A stretch of 64,000 bases of DNA from Bdellovibrio sp. (GCA_036676395.1 JAKFCY010000002.1:1280001-1344000); one strand, 5' to 3'; counted from the stretch's first letter, positions 48,117-57,929 are shown. Numbers and translations: made by a program. Notes: generated by a model not told the origin, from the letters alone.

Positions 48117-48476
48117 ATGATTATTTGTATGAGTGATGTGAAAAAAAATATTTTAGTCGGAAATATATCAATTTGTAACCATAGCAGAAAGGTTGTCGTT
48201 CGTGATGAGCAAGATTGCGAACACACCTTAAAACTCACGCAAACTGAATTTAGACTTTTGACTTGTTTGGCAAGTCGGCCCGAAAAAGTCTTTTCACGAG
48301 AAGAGCTCTTCGACAAAGCCTGGGGGCAAGATCCGCGCGATATGGGTCGAAATGTAGATGTGCATATTTGCCAGGTTAGAAAAAAACTAACTGATAAAAG
48401 CACGCACACGGTAAAAGCCCTGTCAGGTGTAGGCTATAAACTAACACAAAGGCGAAAAGTAAAAACGCAAATCTAA
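48117..48476 (+). CDS. Stand-alone OmpR/PhoB winged-helix DNA-binding protein (no receiver domain)
   Basis: LTQTEFRLL..L...PEKVFSREEL...WG......RNVDVHI..VRKKL...GVGY. Confidence 0.85.
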   Translation: MIICMSDVKKNILVGNISICNHSRKVVVRDEQDCEHTLKLTQTEFRLLTCLASRPEKVFSREELFDKAWGQDPRDMGRNVDVHICQVRKKLTDKSTHTVKALSGVGYKLTQRRKVKTQI

Positions 48477-49003
48477 AGCATAAGTTGATTTAAATCCTGA
48501 ATATTCTGAATCAACAGAGTTTTTTGTTTGTACGCATCGCGCGATAAAATACGCAACATTTCTGGCCGCATTTTAGTGTGAACCTGATGAATCGTTTTAA
48601 AGAGTTTCAGCGTATGACTCCAATTTCTTTCGCTACTGTTTGGCGGAAGTTCAGAGCGTTGGTTCACAAATATATTTTTAAGTACGCGCTTTACAGCCCA
48701 CAAATAATGAGTAGCGATAGGTAAATCAATCATAATGATTTGATCGGCTAATTTCAGGCGTTCTTCCAGAATGTCTAAGGGCCCAAAACCATCGATGATC
48801 CATTCAGGTTTTGCTTGTTCAAGCCTTAACAGTTGAATGGATTCGGCAAAAGGGCGAAATTTTAACCCCGCCATAAATTGAATTTGATCCACGTGAATTA
48901 ACGGCAATAGCAATTTTTTTGCTAAGCTTTGGCTTAGACGAGTTTTGCCACCACATGAATTTCCGATAATTGCAATTTTTGAGACACTTGAGACTAAAGA
49001 CAT
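48473..49003 (-). CDS. P-loop kinase-like topology modulation protein (FlaR-like)
   Basis: IAIIGNSCGGKT, IHVD, WIIDG. Confidence 0.75.
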   Translation of the reverse strand: MSLVSSVSKIAIIGNSCGGKTRLSQSLAKKLLLPLIHVDQIQFMAGLKFRPFAESIQLLRLEQAKPEWIIDGFGPLDILEERLKLADQIIMIDLPIATHYLWAVKRVLKNIFVNQRSELPPNSSERNWSHTLKLFKTIHQVHTKMRPEMLRILSRDAYKQKTLLIQNIQDLNQLML

Positions 49004-49207
49004 GAGTGCATCTTAAGCTATCTAAGACTTTGTTGCAAGATCAGTTGAAGAAGCCATTTAATCCCCTGGAATTTCGCCCGCGTGTAGAAAATAAAATTAA
49101 AAAAAAGCATTAAATAAAAAGCTGAATCAAAAGTCACAGACATCGAAAAAATTCATTGGGGGTATAATACCTGCTTGATTCTCTGAGGTTCTGTTTTAGA
49201 CTTATCC

Positions 49208-50053
49208 ATGATGAGTCTACGTGTCGGAGAACCCTGGAGTTACGGGGATTATAATTTTTTTGGAGTATCACTTGCGGGGATTCGTACCGCTATCTCGATG
49301 CCTGAGTTATCAATTAGTTTTGATGTAGCTCAGGGCTATCCGTATTTGTTTAATATGCACAAATATTTTATTACGCATGGGCATCTGGATCATGCGGCCG
49401 GTATTCCGTATATTATTTCGCAAAAAATGATGACCTCGCAAAAAGCGGGTGAGTTCTATATGCCGGCGTCTTTAGTTGAACCGTTATCTGAAATTATGCA
49501 GCTTTGGAGCAAGATCGAAGGCTTTCCGTACAATTTTAAATTTATTCCAGTACATGCAGATGATGAAATCGAAGTTAATAACCATCATTTCATCAAAGCT
49601 TTTCCGACCACGCACCGGGTTGATTCTTTCGGCTATACCTTATTTGAAAATAAGAAAAAATTAAAATCTGAATACACTAGTCTTAGTAAAGACGAAATTA
49701 TTAATTTACGCAGACAGGGTGTTGACGTTAGCGAAACAATACAGACACCGATGGTCAGTTTTACCGGAGACACCCAGATCGAATTTTTGCAGGCCAGGCC
49801 GTGGATTAAAAAATCAAAAATCTTAATTTTAGAAGCTACGTATTTGGATGATAAACGCTCAATTGAAAAAGCACGTGAATGGGGTCATACCCATTTAGAT
49901 GAAATTATTCCGCATCTGGACGAAATTGAAAGCGAACGCATTGTTCTGATTCATGCGTCGTCTCGCTATTCAAATGCCGAAGCCAATCACATTCTGCGTG
50001 AAAAAATTCCAGACAAACATCATGACCGCGTGGTGTTTTTTCCTGGTCGATAA
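49208..50053 (+). CDS. Metallo-beta-lactamase-fold nuclease (short RNase Z-like)
   Basis: THGHLDH, TTHRV.SFGY, FTGDT, EATY, GHTH, IHASSRY. Confidence 0.8.
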   Translation: MMSLRVGEPWSYGDYNFFGVSLAGIRTAISMPELSISFDVAQGYPYLFNMHKYFITHGHLDHAAGIPYIISQKMMTSQKAGEFYMPASLVEPLSEIMQLWSKIEGFPYNFKFIPVHADDEIEVNNHHFIKAFPTTHRVDSFGYTLFENKKKLKSEYTSLSKDEIINLRRQGVDVSETIQTPMVSFTGDTQIEFLQARPWIKKSKILILEATYLDDKRSIEKAREWGHTHLDEIIPHLDEIESERIVLIHASSRYSNAEANHILREKIPDKHHDRVVFFPGR

Positions 50054-50160
50054 TGATACAAATTCATTCTCAGTGTGAGACTGGTGTAGTTCTTTTTTCG
50101 TCACCCTTGTAGTCTTAGACAGCCAGGCTATAAATAAGCGCCTATTGGCCCTTTTTAAGC

Positions 50161-50177
50161 TTGGTACGACAGCTGCA
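50161..50177 (+). promoter_or_regulatory. Putative sigma54 -24/-12 promoter
   Basis: TTGGTACGACAGCTGCA (GG-N10-GC), with 13 nt between the GC and ATG 50190. Confidence 0.6.
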
Positions 50178-50189
50178 ATTCAAAGCTGT

Positions 50190-50708
50190 ATGAAAAAACA
50201 AATCCTAGCCTTAGCTTGTATCTTTATCTGCTCAACTCAAACGTTAGCTCAGTTAGATGGAACAGATCATAATCCTGATCAACGTATAGTTTGTGATCTT
50301 GAAGAAGCTAAAACGGCGGTTAATGAAATGGTTGAAGACGAAGACCTTGGTGACTGGAAAACCTCAATGCAAGCCGCTGGCGAAAAACTTCGTGAAGAAG
50401 TTCTGAATATGTTAACCCGCGCCGACATCAGTGCAAAAACAATCGAATATGACATGTACGAAATTTTCAGAAATGCGAACTGTGTTTTTAAAATTATCAG
50501 TCAAAATGACGTTGATGCTGAAATCGGCAGAAAATATAAACATAATTTGTCGATTATCGAAGAACGCGTAAAATTAAATAACTCGAAAATGCCGTCTTTA
50601 GAAAATGCAAAAACTCAAGCCGAAAAAAACAACGCCCGTGCCAATAAATATTTATACGCTAACCGCTTTGCTGCTGCCATCGTGATGGCTGTTTTTGACG
50701 GTCAATAA
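50190..50708 (+). CDS. Secreted hypothetical protein
   Basis: Signal peptide MKKQILALACIFICSTQTLA. Confidence 0.65.
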   Translation: MKKQILALACIFICSTQTLAQLDGTDHNPDQRIVCDLEEAKTAVNEMVEDEDLGDWKTSMQAAGEKLREEVLNMLTRADISAKTIEYDMYEIFRNANCVFKIISQNDVDAEIGRKYKHNLSIIEERVKLNNSKMPSLENAKTQAEKNNARANKYLYANRFAAAIVMAVFDGQ

Positions 50709-50816
50709 TTTCTCTGTTTGCAAAAGCTAGGTTCGTGAACTAAAGAATCTGGACCTAAGCTGTAAAATCATGAAAATATATTAACAGGCGAGCACAATGC
50801 TCGCTATTCTTAGTCT

Positions 50817-51689
50817 ATGTTAAGAATAACTTTTCTAATTACAACTCTTGTTACGCAATTAACATGGGCGGCATCACCAACAACCACGGTTTCTGCTGCC
50901 GTAAAAACAAAATCTGCCGCAAAGCCAACATTTGATTTAGTTTCAATAAAAAAACTTTATGACAAAGATTCAAAAGAAGATATTAATGCTAAAGGCGACA
51001 AGGGTTGGGCATTGCTGCATCACGCAGCTTTAGCGAACAAAGCTGATATCGTGGCCTTTGCTTTAACAAAAGGGGCGCAAATTAATGCGCAAGCAAACGA
51101 TAAATCAACACCGCTCATAGTAGCTTCGCAAGTTGGCGCAAAACAAGCCGTCATGTTGCTTACAGAAAAAGGGGCCGAGATCAATGCGCGTATGACGGGC
51201 GGATTTACCGCGCTTCATTTGGCGGCCCAGCAAGGGCAAACTGAAATTATAAAAATCTTAATCGCTGCAGGCGCTGATAAAACTTTATTAAGCGAACCTA
51301 AAGGCAGTGGCTTGCAACCGATCCATCTTGCGGCGTTGGGCGGGCATGTTTCGGCAATGAGCACATTATACAAAGCCGGAGTTTCCATCGATGCTTTAAC
51401 AGGGGATAAAAAAACTCCACTGATGATTGCTCTTGCAGCTAAACAAGATAAAATGGCGAACTTAATCGTAAACACCGGGGCAAATTTAAACGCTGCCGAT
51501 TCACAAGGGTTAACCGCATTAATGATTTTATCAAGTCATGATGGCAGTCTAGAGCTGGCTAAAAAAATGATAGATAAGGGTGCAAAGCTTGAAATCGAAT
51601 CTAAAGGTAATGCGACCGCTTTAGATTACGCTAAATCTAAAAAGCGTGATGATTTGATAAAGTATTTTGAATCAAAGGGCGCGAAATAG
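50817..51689 (+). CDS. Secreted ankyrin-repeat protein
   Basis: Signal peptide and about 6-7 G.T.LH.AA..G ankyrin repeats. Confidence 0.9.
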   Translation: MLRITFLITTLVTQLTWAASPTTTVSAAVKTKSAAKPTFDLVSIKKLYDKDSKEDINAKGDKGWALLHHAALANKADIVAFALTKGAQINAQANDKSTPLIVASQVGAKQAVMLLTEKGAEINARMTGGFTALHLAAQQGQTEIIKILIAAGADKTLLSEPKGSGLQPIHLAALGGHVSAMSTLYKAGVSIDALTGDKKTPLMIALAAKQDKMANLIVNTGANLNAADSQGLTALMILSSHDGSLELAKKMIDKGAKLEIESKGNATALDYAKSKKRDDLIKYFESKGAK

Positions 51690-51802
51690 CCAAGTTTTTT
51701 TGTAGCTCAGTTTTTGCAATTGTACCGCAATTAGTAAAAAACTGAGAAAATTTGCCACATTATCGTGGCAAAAAATATCAAGAACAAAAAATGAGGACAA
51801 CT

Positions 51803-52489
51803 ATGAGAAAAAATCAAAGAAATGATTCAAACTATGAATCAACCAGCCGCCGTAATAATCAAGCTTCACAAAGAATGTATTCAGGTCGTGATCGCAATTT
51901 CGATACCGACTCTGATCTTTACGAAAATGAAGACTATTACCGTAATGAATCACATCAAAGTCCACGCAGTGATTATGATTTTGAACCAAGTGACCGTCCA
52001 AGGTTTGAAGCGCCTCAAGGCCGCGGCCGTATGGAAAGCCACGGTCTAACATCAGACTATACGAGCAGTGCACGTGATTATTCAGGAAATTTTCCATCGT
52101 CTGAATTATCAGGTTCAGGACGCCGAGAAGCCGGTTATGGAAGTTCGTGGACACAAGGTGCTCACGCCGGAAAAGGCCCTAAAGGTTATCAGCGTTCAGA
52201 AGAAAGAATTCGCGAAGATGTGTGCGACGCTTTAGAAGCGCACGCGCATATTGATGCTTCAGATATTGATGTTGAAGTGAGCGACGGCTTAGTGACTTTA
52301 ACTGGAACAGTCGATTCGCGCCAGGCAAAGCGCCTAGCTGAGCAAGCGGTTGAAACTGTTCGTGGTATTAAAGATATCAGTAACGAACTTCGAATTATGT
52401 CTACAAGTGAAAATGTAAGAGAAGCTAAAAGTTTTACGCCGACTAAAACAAAATCCGGCAAAAAATCGAGTGCAAATTACAAGCAATAA
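51803..52489 (+). CDS. BON-domain protein with disordered N-terminus
   Basis: GKGPKGYQRSEERIREDV, IDASDIDVEV..G.VTL.GTV..R..KR.AE......G..D..N.L; SD GAGGA. Confidence 0.88.
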   Translation: MRKNQRNDSNYESTSRRNNQASQRMYSGRDRNFDTDSDLYENEDYYRNESHQSPRSDYDFEPSDRPRFEAPQGRGRMESHGLTSDYTSSARDYSGNFPSSELSGSGRREAGYGSSWTQGAHAGKGPKGYQRSEERIREDVCDALEAHAHIDASDIDVEVSDGLVTLTGTVDSRQAKRLAEQAVETVRGIKDISNELRIMSTSENVREAKSFTPTKTKSGKKSSANYKQ

Positions 52490-52547
52490 TATCAAATTAA
52501 AAAAAAGAGACTCCGAATATCTTGGGTGATCGTTGCCAGAGGTTCAG

Positions 52548-52572
52548 AAGAGGACTTCGGTCCTCTTTTTTA
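52548..52572 (+). terminator. Intrinsic terminator with UUCG loop
   Basis: AAGAGGAC-TTCG-GTCCTCTT followed by a T-run. Confidence 0.8.
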
Positions 52573-52573
52573 T

Positions 52574-54316
52574 TTATTTTCGGATGAAGCGTAATTCTTG
52601 GGGCTCATCAGAGCCATCGGGTCCTGTTGGCAACATGCGAATTAAAACTAATTCATCTTTGCTGCAACGAAATTTCGTCGAGCCTTCGATAAAATCATCA
52701 AAATTTGAATACGGGTTTGTCGTGTCAGAAACGCCGTAAGGAAAGAACACTTGAATGCGAATGTTGTAATCGGCTCCGATATCAGAAAAACAAATTTCAT
52801 TCTTAGCTAAAAGCTTTGAATAAGCATCGGTGGATCCATTCATCGTCACTAAAACGCGAAGATCACCAAACTCTTCATCTTTAACAATGACTGAAGCACT
52901 AAAATCAGTTTGGCTAAATGTAAATTTTTGACCGTTAGTTATTGATAAAGCGTAGCCTCCTGAAGAGTTTTCGACCACATAAGATTTGTGGCTGAAAATG
53001 CGTGAGAACATTTTATCAAGCGAGGGTTTATCCAGTTCATAATCGCCAACTAAACAGGGATCAAATTCTACTTTTTCAATACAGTGGCACTCGGCTTTTT
53101 CTGCAGTGATTTTTACAGCGAATTTATCATTCAAGGGGTCATCACTGGCGTAAGAAGAAAGGATATCGATGCTTTTTGGAAAAGCCTTACAAGACATATC
53201 TACTGTTGTAGGGTAGCCAGAAATCAAAAAATTCCACGAACCTGTGGTGCCGGTGTTTCGCATAGCCATAGGATTCACAATGCTATCCGAGCTGACCATG
53301 TTTTCAATTTTAATTCTTGTTTTTGCTGGTAATGAAAATTCTGTGATTCTGATCGTTAAAATTTCATTAAACCACTCAAAATTATTTTCGCCTTCTTTGA
53401 CTTTAAAATTTTCAGTAAGTGTCGGAAGCGAAGTGGTCATAAAGTTTCCGGTAAAATCTTTAATCCGGTTGCTGGTGATATCTTGCGCGAAGCTATCAAA
53501 AAATAGTTCAATCGATGGAATATCCAAAACGGATTCAATCTGCTCTGGAGTGTCACCGCTATTTGGCAGGTCTTCTAGCATACTAAGTACACCATCAACA
53601 CCTAACCAGCTGTGAGAAAGTGACTGAAAAAATAAATGAGTCCCATACTTGTTATTGTCGTCTTGCAAAACCAAAGATTTATTACCTTGGTAGTCATCAT
53701 TATAGTCAAATTCTTGATTGATAGCAGGGTATACTAAATTACTAAACCAAACTGCAGAGCCTTCGCTCCACCATTGATGAGCGCTCTTTGGCGTATCAAC
53801 AATTTTATCTTGCCATAAAGTATCTTGGACACAGTGAAAGATTTCGTGCGCTAACATTTGTCGTTGGCGATCAGGGGATTGTTTTTTGAAATTATCGATA
53901 TACACAAGAATCGGACATGATTCCTCGTCGCTGGAGTGACCTACGCGAACCATAGCAACTTCATTTTTATCAGCTTTTTGATCGGTAAAAACAAAAGTTA
54001 AAGGCTTAAAACGAAGTTTAACTGAAGATTCAGCGTGAAGGGCTATGATTTTAGCGACAACAGTTATAAAAACTTCGTGGGCGCGAAATGAAAATCCTGT
54101 ATCATCTGGTGAGGCCGGAAATCCTTTTGCGTAATGATAAACTTCGGCTTGGGCTCCTTCAGGAGTTTCCCATTTCTCACTGGATTGACAGTCTAAACCT
54201 TCTGGAAATCGGGGATCAGGATAACCCTTGGCCCATAGAGTATTGCAGTTAATTGATTTAGCTTGGGCCAAAGCCGGAAGAACGAAAAGTAAAGAAAGTA
54301 AGAGGATGAATTTCAT
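52574..54316 (-). CDS. Secreted zinc metallopeptidase-like protein (gluzincin-type)
   Basis: Signal peptide, LAHEIFHCVQ and WWSEGSA. Confidence 0.7.
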   Translation of the reverse strand: MKFILLLSLLFVLPALAQAKSINCNTLWAKGYPDPRFPEGLDCQSSEKWETPEGAQAEVYHYAKGFPASPDDTGFSFRAHEVFITVVAKIIALHAESSVKLRFKPLTFVFTDQKADKNEVAMVRVGHSSDEESCPILVYIDNFKKQSPDRQRQMLAHEIFHCVQDTLWQDKIVDTPKSAHQWWSEGSAVWFSNLVYPAINQEFDYNDDYQGNKSLVLQDDNNKYGTHLFFQSLSHSWLGVDGVLSMLEDLPNSGDTPEQIESVLDIPSIELFFDSFAQDITSNRIKDFTGNFMTTSLPTLTENFKVKEGENNFEWFNEILTIRITEFSLPAKTRIKIENMVSSDSIVNPMAMRNTGTTGSWNFLISGYPTTVDMSCKAFPKSIDILSSYASDDPLNDKFAVKITAEKAECHCIEKVEFDPCLVGDYELDKPSLDKMFSRIFSHKSYVVENSSGGYALSITNGQKFTFSQTDFSASVIVKDEEFGDLRVLVTMNGSTDAYSKLLAKNEICFSDIGADYNIRIQVFFPYGVSDTTNPYSNFDDFIEGSTKFRCSKDELVLIRMLPTGPDGSDEPQELRFIRK

Positions 54317-54401
54317 GGCGCAAGAATTAACACAAATTGCGCCAACTTCCAGCGAAAATTTCAGCTCAGGTAAAAACTCAAAGGTTCAATAAATGACTTA
54401 G

Positions 54402-54484
54402 TGGTGCGCGGAGAGGGACTTGAACCCTCACGCTTGCGCATACGCCCCTCAAACGTACGTGTCTACCAATTCCACCATCCGCGC
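54402..54484 (-). tRNA. tRNA-Leu (anticodon GAG)
   Basis: GCGCGGATGGTGGAATTGGTAGACACG TACGT-TTGAGGG-GCGTA ... GAGGGTTCAAGTCCCTC TCCGCGC-ACCA; variable arm present, CCA encoded. Confidence 0.95.
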
Positions 54485-54593
54485 GCACAAATAATTAAAG
54501 CAAACCGTTAAAGAACGGTCAACGAGGTATAGAAAAATGCCCCGTTTTTGTGGCAGCCTTGACGAAACTTTAAGTTTTTGCATAAAGTTTCGT

Positions 54594-54956
54594 ATGGCTA
54601 AGACAATCCTGATCGTTGAAGACGACGAATCGATTCGAGAGACCTTGCAAGCAGTGCTCGAATTAGAGGGCCACGAAGTCCTGACTGCTGAAAACGGGCA
54701 GGAGGGGTTAAATGTATTAGCTGTTCAACCCAAACCTTGTCTTATTCTTTTAGATTTGATGATGCCGGTTATGAATGGCTGGGAATTTGCCACCGCTCTT
54801 GAAAATGACTCAAAACTTTCTTCAATCCCCATTATCGTGGTGAGTGCCTATACTGACAAAGCCACGACCATTAAATCAATAGGGTTTTTAAAAAAACCAA
54901 TTGATCTTAGATCACTCAATGAAACTGTGAAAAAATGGTGTGCTGCCCATGAGTAG
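54594..54956 (+). CDS. Single-domain response regulator (receiver)
   Basis: ILIVEDD, LLDLMMP.MNG, KP. Confidence 0.9.
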   Translation: MAKTILIVEDDESIRETLQAVLELEGHEVLTAENGQEGLNVLAVQPKPCLILLDLMMPVMNGWEFATALENDSKLSSIPIIVVSAYTDKATTIKSIGFLKKPIDLRSLNETVKKWCAAHE

Positions 54957-57054
54957 TTCAATCCCTGGAGTTTCAGTTCAATCATTCGGTGAAGGAAAAA
55001 TGGGGGCTCTAATTCGTGCGCATGACTGGAGCAAAACGTCGCTTGGGCCTTATGAGTCTTGGCCGAAATCTTTAAAAGCCCATGTAAGCATGATGCTGGC
55101 GCTACCAACAGCCGCGTCTATTTTTTGGGGTAAAGATTTACTGCAAATTTATAACGACGCTTGTACGGCAACCATGGGTGATCGCCATCCGCGTAATTTA
55201 GGATTGCCGATTAATCAGGGATGGCCTGAAGCTTATTCAATGATGAAGTCTTTATTTGATCGTGTCATTGAACACGCAGAAGTCGTTGTGAACAAGCGCG
55301 TGTTCACGCCACTTGAGCGTAATGGATTTATTGAAGAATGTTATTTCGATTCGACAATGAGCCCGCTTAAAGGCGATGACGATCAGACACATGGAATTCT
55401 TTCTTTAGTTATTTCAGAAAATACAGAATTGGTTTTAAGCGAACGCAGAACTGCGACACTGCGTAAGCTTGCACAAACAATCATTTCGCCTGCTGATAAT
55501 TTTAAAAGTTTGATGGAGGTATTTGCATCAAATCCAAATGATATACGATTTGCATTTTTATTTTTACCTGACGATTTAAATTTACAGGTTAAGCTTGCGG
55601 CCAGTTTCGGAATCGATGAACGAATGCTTGAAGCTACTGACTTTGATCAACTTATGAAGTCTGTTCGTCATGTGCTGACTTCAAATAATCCAATCGAAAT
55701 TAATAATTTTCAAAATCTAATTCCGCATGCGCCGATTGCACCATGGCCAGAACCAACGCAAAAAGCGATTCTGATTCCGATACGTACAGATTCAAATCCT
55801 GCAACAGGAGTTTTGGTTTTTGGTATTAGCCCGCGGCTAAAACTTGACGAGTCCTATCGCGGTTTTTTAGTCGATATTACTTTAAAGATGGGAAGCATTC
55901 TTGAAGCACAGGCCCAGACCATGGATGCGGTAAAAATTCATAAGTCATATGAGTTTTTAAACTCGGTAATTGAACATGTGCCATTGATGATTTTTGTAAA
56001 AGACGCCAAAGAATTACGATTCACACGCTTTAATAAAGCTGGTGAAGAATTGCTGGGCTATAAGAGTGAAGAGCTTATCGGTAAGAACGATTATGATTTT
56101 TTCAATAAAAAAGAAGCCGACTTTTTTACTGAAAAAGACCGCGCCACTTTAAATAGCGGTAAAATTTTAGATATACCTGAAGAAAAAATTCAAACTCGTC
56201 TTAATGGTGAACGTTTTTTACATACGAAAAAAATCACCTTGCATGACGAGAATGGAAATCCCGAGTTCTTGCTCGGGATTTCAGAAGACATCACCGAAAA
56301 AAAAATAGCTGAAGAGCAGCATCGCTTATTATTGCAAGAACAGTTTGCCAGAAGCGAAGCTGAAAAAATGATTCAGCAGCGCGATGATTTTATTTCAATT
56401 GCAGCCCACGAACTGCGAACACCACTGACTTCGATCAGTCTACAGAATCAACTCCTCAGTAAATTTTTGCCGACGTTAGGTGATACTCCGAATGTTCAAA
56501 AATTTATTACTCTGACGAATAACTGTCAGGCACAAATTGAACGTCTGACAAAGCTTGTCGAGAATTTATTAGATGTCACGCGTGCCACCACCGGAAGATT
56601 AGTTTTAGATAAAACGCATGTTAATTTGGCTGATTTAGTCGAGCGAATTATTAAAGGCCTTGAAGTTGAACTTTACCGATCGAAATGTAAACTTGAACTT
56701 GATCTTGAGCCCACGCTAAACGGCAAATGGGACGCCAGCCGTCTTGAGCAGGTTTTTGTAAACCTAATGACCAACGCGATTAAGTTTGGCAAGGGGCAAC
56801 CTATTGAAATATCGGCTAAACAAGTGGGCGCATTTGCTGTTCTGCGGGTGACAGATCACGGTATCGGTATATCTGCTGAAGATCAGGTAAGACTGTTTAA
56901 TCGCTTTGAGCGGGCGGTATCCATCACATCGTTTGGTGGCTTAGGGCTTGGGTTATACATCTCTAGACAAATCGCTACAGCTCACGGAGGCACTATCGAG
57001 GTGCAGAGTGAGGTTGGCAAAGGCACCACGTTCACAGTGAAGCTTCCGCTGTAA
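54940..57054 (+). CDS. Cytoplasmic PAS/GAF/PAS sensor histidine kinase
   Basis: DWSKTSLGP...WP N-domain, PAS, AHELRTPL, NL.TNAIKF, DHGIGI, GGLGLGL. Confidence 0.9.
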   Translation: MLPMSSSIPGVSVQSFGEGKMGALIRAHDWSKTSLGPYESWPKSLKAHVSMMLALPTAASIFWGKDLLQIYNDACTATMGDRHPRNLGLPINQGWPEAYSMMKSLFDRVIEHAEVVVNKRVFTPLERNGFIEECYFDSTMSPLKGDDDQTHGILSLVISENTELVLSERRTATLRKLAQTIISPADNFKSLMEVFASNPNDIRFAFLFLPDDLNLQVKLAASFGIDERMLEATDFDQLMKSVRHVLTSNNPIEINNFQNLIPHAPIAPWPEPTQKAILIPIRTDSNPATGVLVFGISPRLKLDESYRGFLVDITLKMGSILEAQAQTMDAVKIHKSYEFLNSVIEHVPLMIFVKDAKELRFTRFNKAGEELLGYKSEELIGKNDYDFFNKKEADFFTEKDRATLNSGKILDIPEEKIQTRLNGERFLHTKKITLHDENGNPEFLLGISEDITEKKIAEEQHRLLLQEQFARSEAEKMIQQRDDFISIAAHELRTPLTSISLQNQLLSKFLPTLGDTPNVQKFITLTNNCQAQIERLTKLVENLLDVTRATTGRLVLDKTHVNLADLVERIIKGLEVELYRSKCKLELDLEPTLNGKWDASRLEQVFVNLMTNAIKFGKGQPIEISAKQVGAFAVLRVTDHGIGISAEDQVRLFNRFERAVSITSFGGLGLGLYISRQIATAHGGTIEVQSEVGKGTTFTVKLPL

Positions 57055-57138
57055 CGTCTCAAAATGCGAAATCTTTAATTTATAATTTAGTTTGGCAAAC
57101 CCTGTGGCAAACTAATTAATTCAAAGGGGTTTAAGCGC

Positions 57139-57552
57139 ATGTTAAAATTTTTAGTTTTAATTTTTTCAATCAGCTTTTTAACTTTACCAACTTTTGCTGA
57201 AGAAGATTTAGATGCAGCCTTAAAAGACGTGCAAGATTTAATGCGCAGTGAAGCTAAACGCAATGACGTGATCAAAGCAAGCCCCAAAGCCCAACAAGCT
57301 GATGACTTTGCCTTGCAAGCGGTCGGCGGCAATCAGGCCTTAAAGAACGATGTCTATGATGTCTCAGCAGACATTATGGCGACCGTGAAGCAACAAAGTG
57401 GCGGCGACGCTGCAAAGATGAATGAGCTTTTGCAAAAAGCCTTACAAAATCCTGCCGCCTTTTTAAAGTCTTTACCCGCAGAACAACAGGCAAAAATTCG
57501 CGATATTGCAGCTAAGACAGAAAAACAGAAAAGCAGCCCAGCTAAGCCATAG
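57139..57552 (+). CDS. Secreted helical hypothetical protein
   Basis: Signal peptide ending TFA. Confidence 0.7.
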   Translation: MLKFLVLIFSISFLTLPTFAEEDLDAALKDVQDLMRSEAKRNDVIKASPKAQQADDFALQAVGGNQALKNDVYDVSADIMATVKQQSGGDAAKMNELLQKALQNPAAFLKSLPAEQQAKIRDIAAKTEKQKSSPAKP

Positions 57553-57690
57553 AGGCGATTCACAGCATCCAAAACTCTATAGTGTTTATACATACTTATA
57601 CCAACCCATAAGGCTAGATTATGGTCTGGATTTATATTTCTTTTGCTCTATTTTTAACCCCGAAACACCACTTTATCATCTTACCAATAA

Positions 57691-57821
57691 GAGCAAGGAC
57701 GCTCCCCAGACGACAAAGGGGTGTACACAGCTAGGATGGCTGTTTCCAATGTCGTCAATAGCCAAGGATGGCGAAGTAAGTGAAACGAACAGTTCAAGCA
57801 ATTGAACAATTGAAGAAGGAG
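57691..57821 (+). ncRNA. Candidate structured RNA/leader with CsrA-type ANGGA hairpins
   Basis: GAGC-AAGGAC-GCTC, ACAGC-TAGGATG-GCTGT, GCCA-AGGA-TGGC, a GNRA hairpin and AAGGA at the SD. Confidence 0.5.
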
Positions 57822-57827
57822 TTTCAA

Positions 57828-57929
57828 GTGAGTTTCGAATTGAGTGAGGTTTTAATTTTTTGTGGTTTTTATTCTAGCCTGGTGATCTTTTCCCTCTGGA
57901 TCACTGTAGCTGACAGAATAAAGATGTAA
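57828..57929 (+). CDS. Small single-pass membrane peptide (33 aa, not in ORF track)
   Basis: SD AAGGAG, 6-nt spacer, GTG; MSFELSEVLIFCGFYSSLVIFSLWITVADRIKM. Confidence 0.55.
   Translation: MSFELSEVLIFCGFYSSLVIFSLWITVADRIKM

Noticed and set aside
50817..51689. Ankyrin protein as a Bd3460-like self-protection factor
   Set aside because: No adjacent DacB-like endopeptidase; ankyrin repeats alone are not diagnostic.
54402..54484. tRNA-Leu as the attachment site of an island
   Set aside because: No integrase, and no duplicate of the tRNA 3' end noticed in the window.
57090..57138. GGCAAAC repeats as a c-di-GMP-I riboswitch or sigma54 promoter
   Set aside because: No GAAA-capped P2 or GCAAAG/P3 elements; GG-GC spacing is 11, not 10.
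57506..57805. 99-aa ORF from the track spanning the GGA-hairpin region
   Set aside because: TTG start inside the previous gene, no SD and no motif; RNA structure explains the region better.
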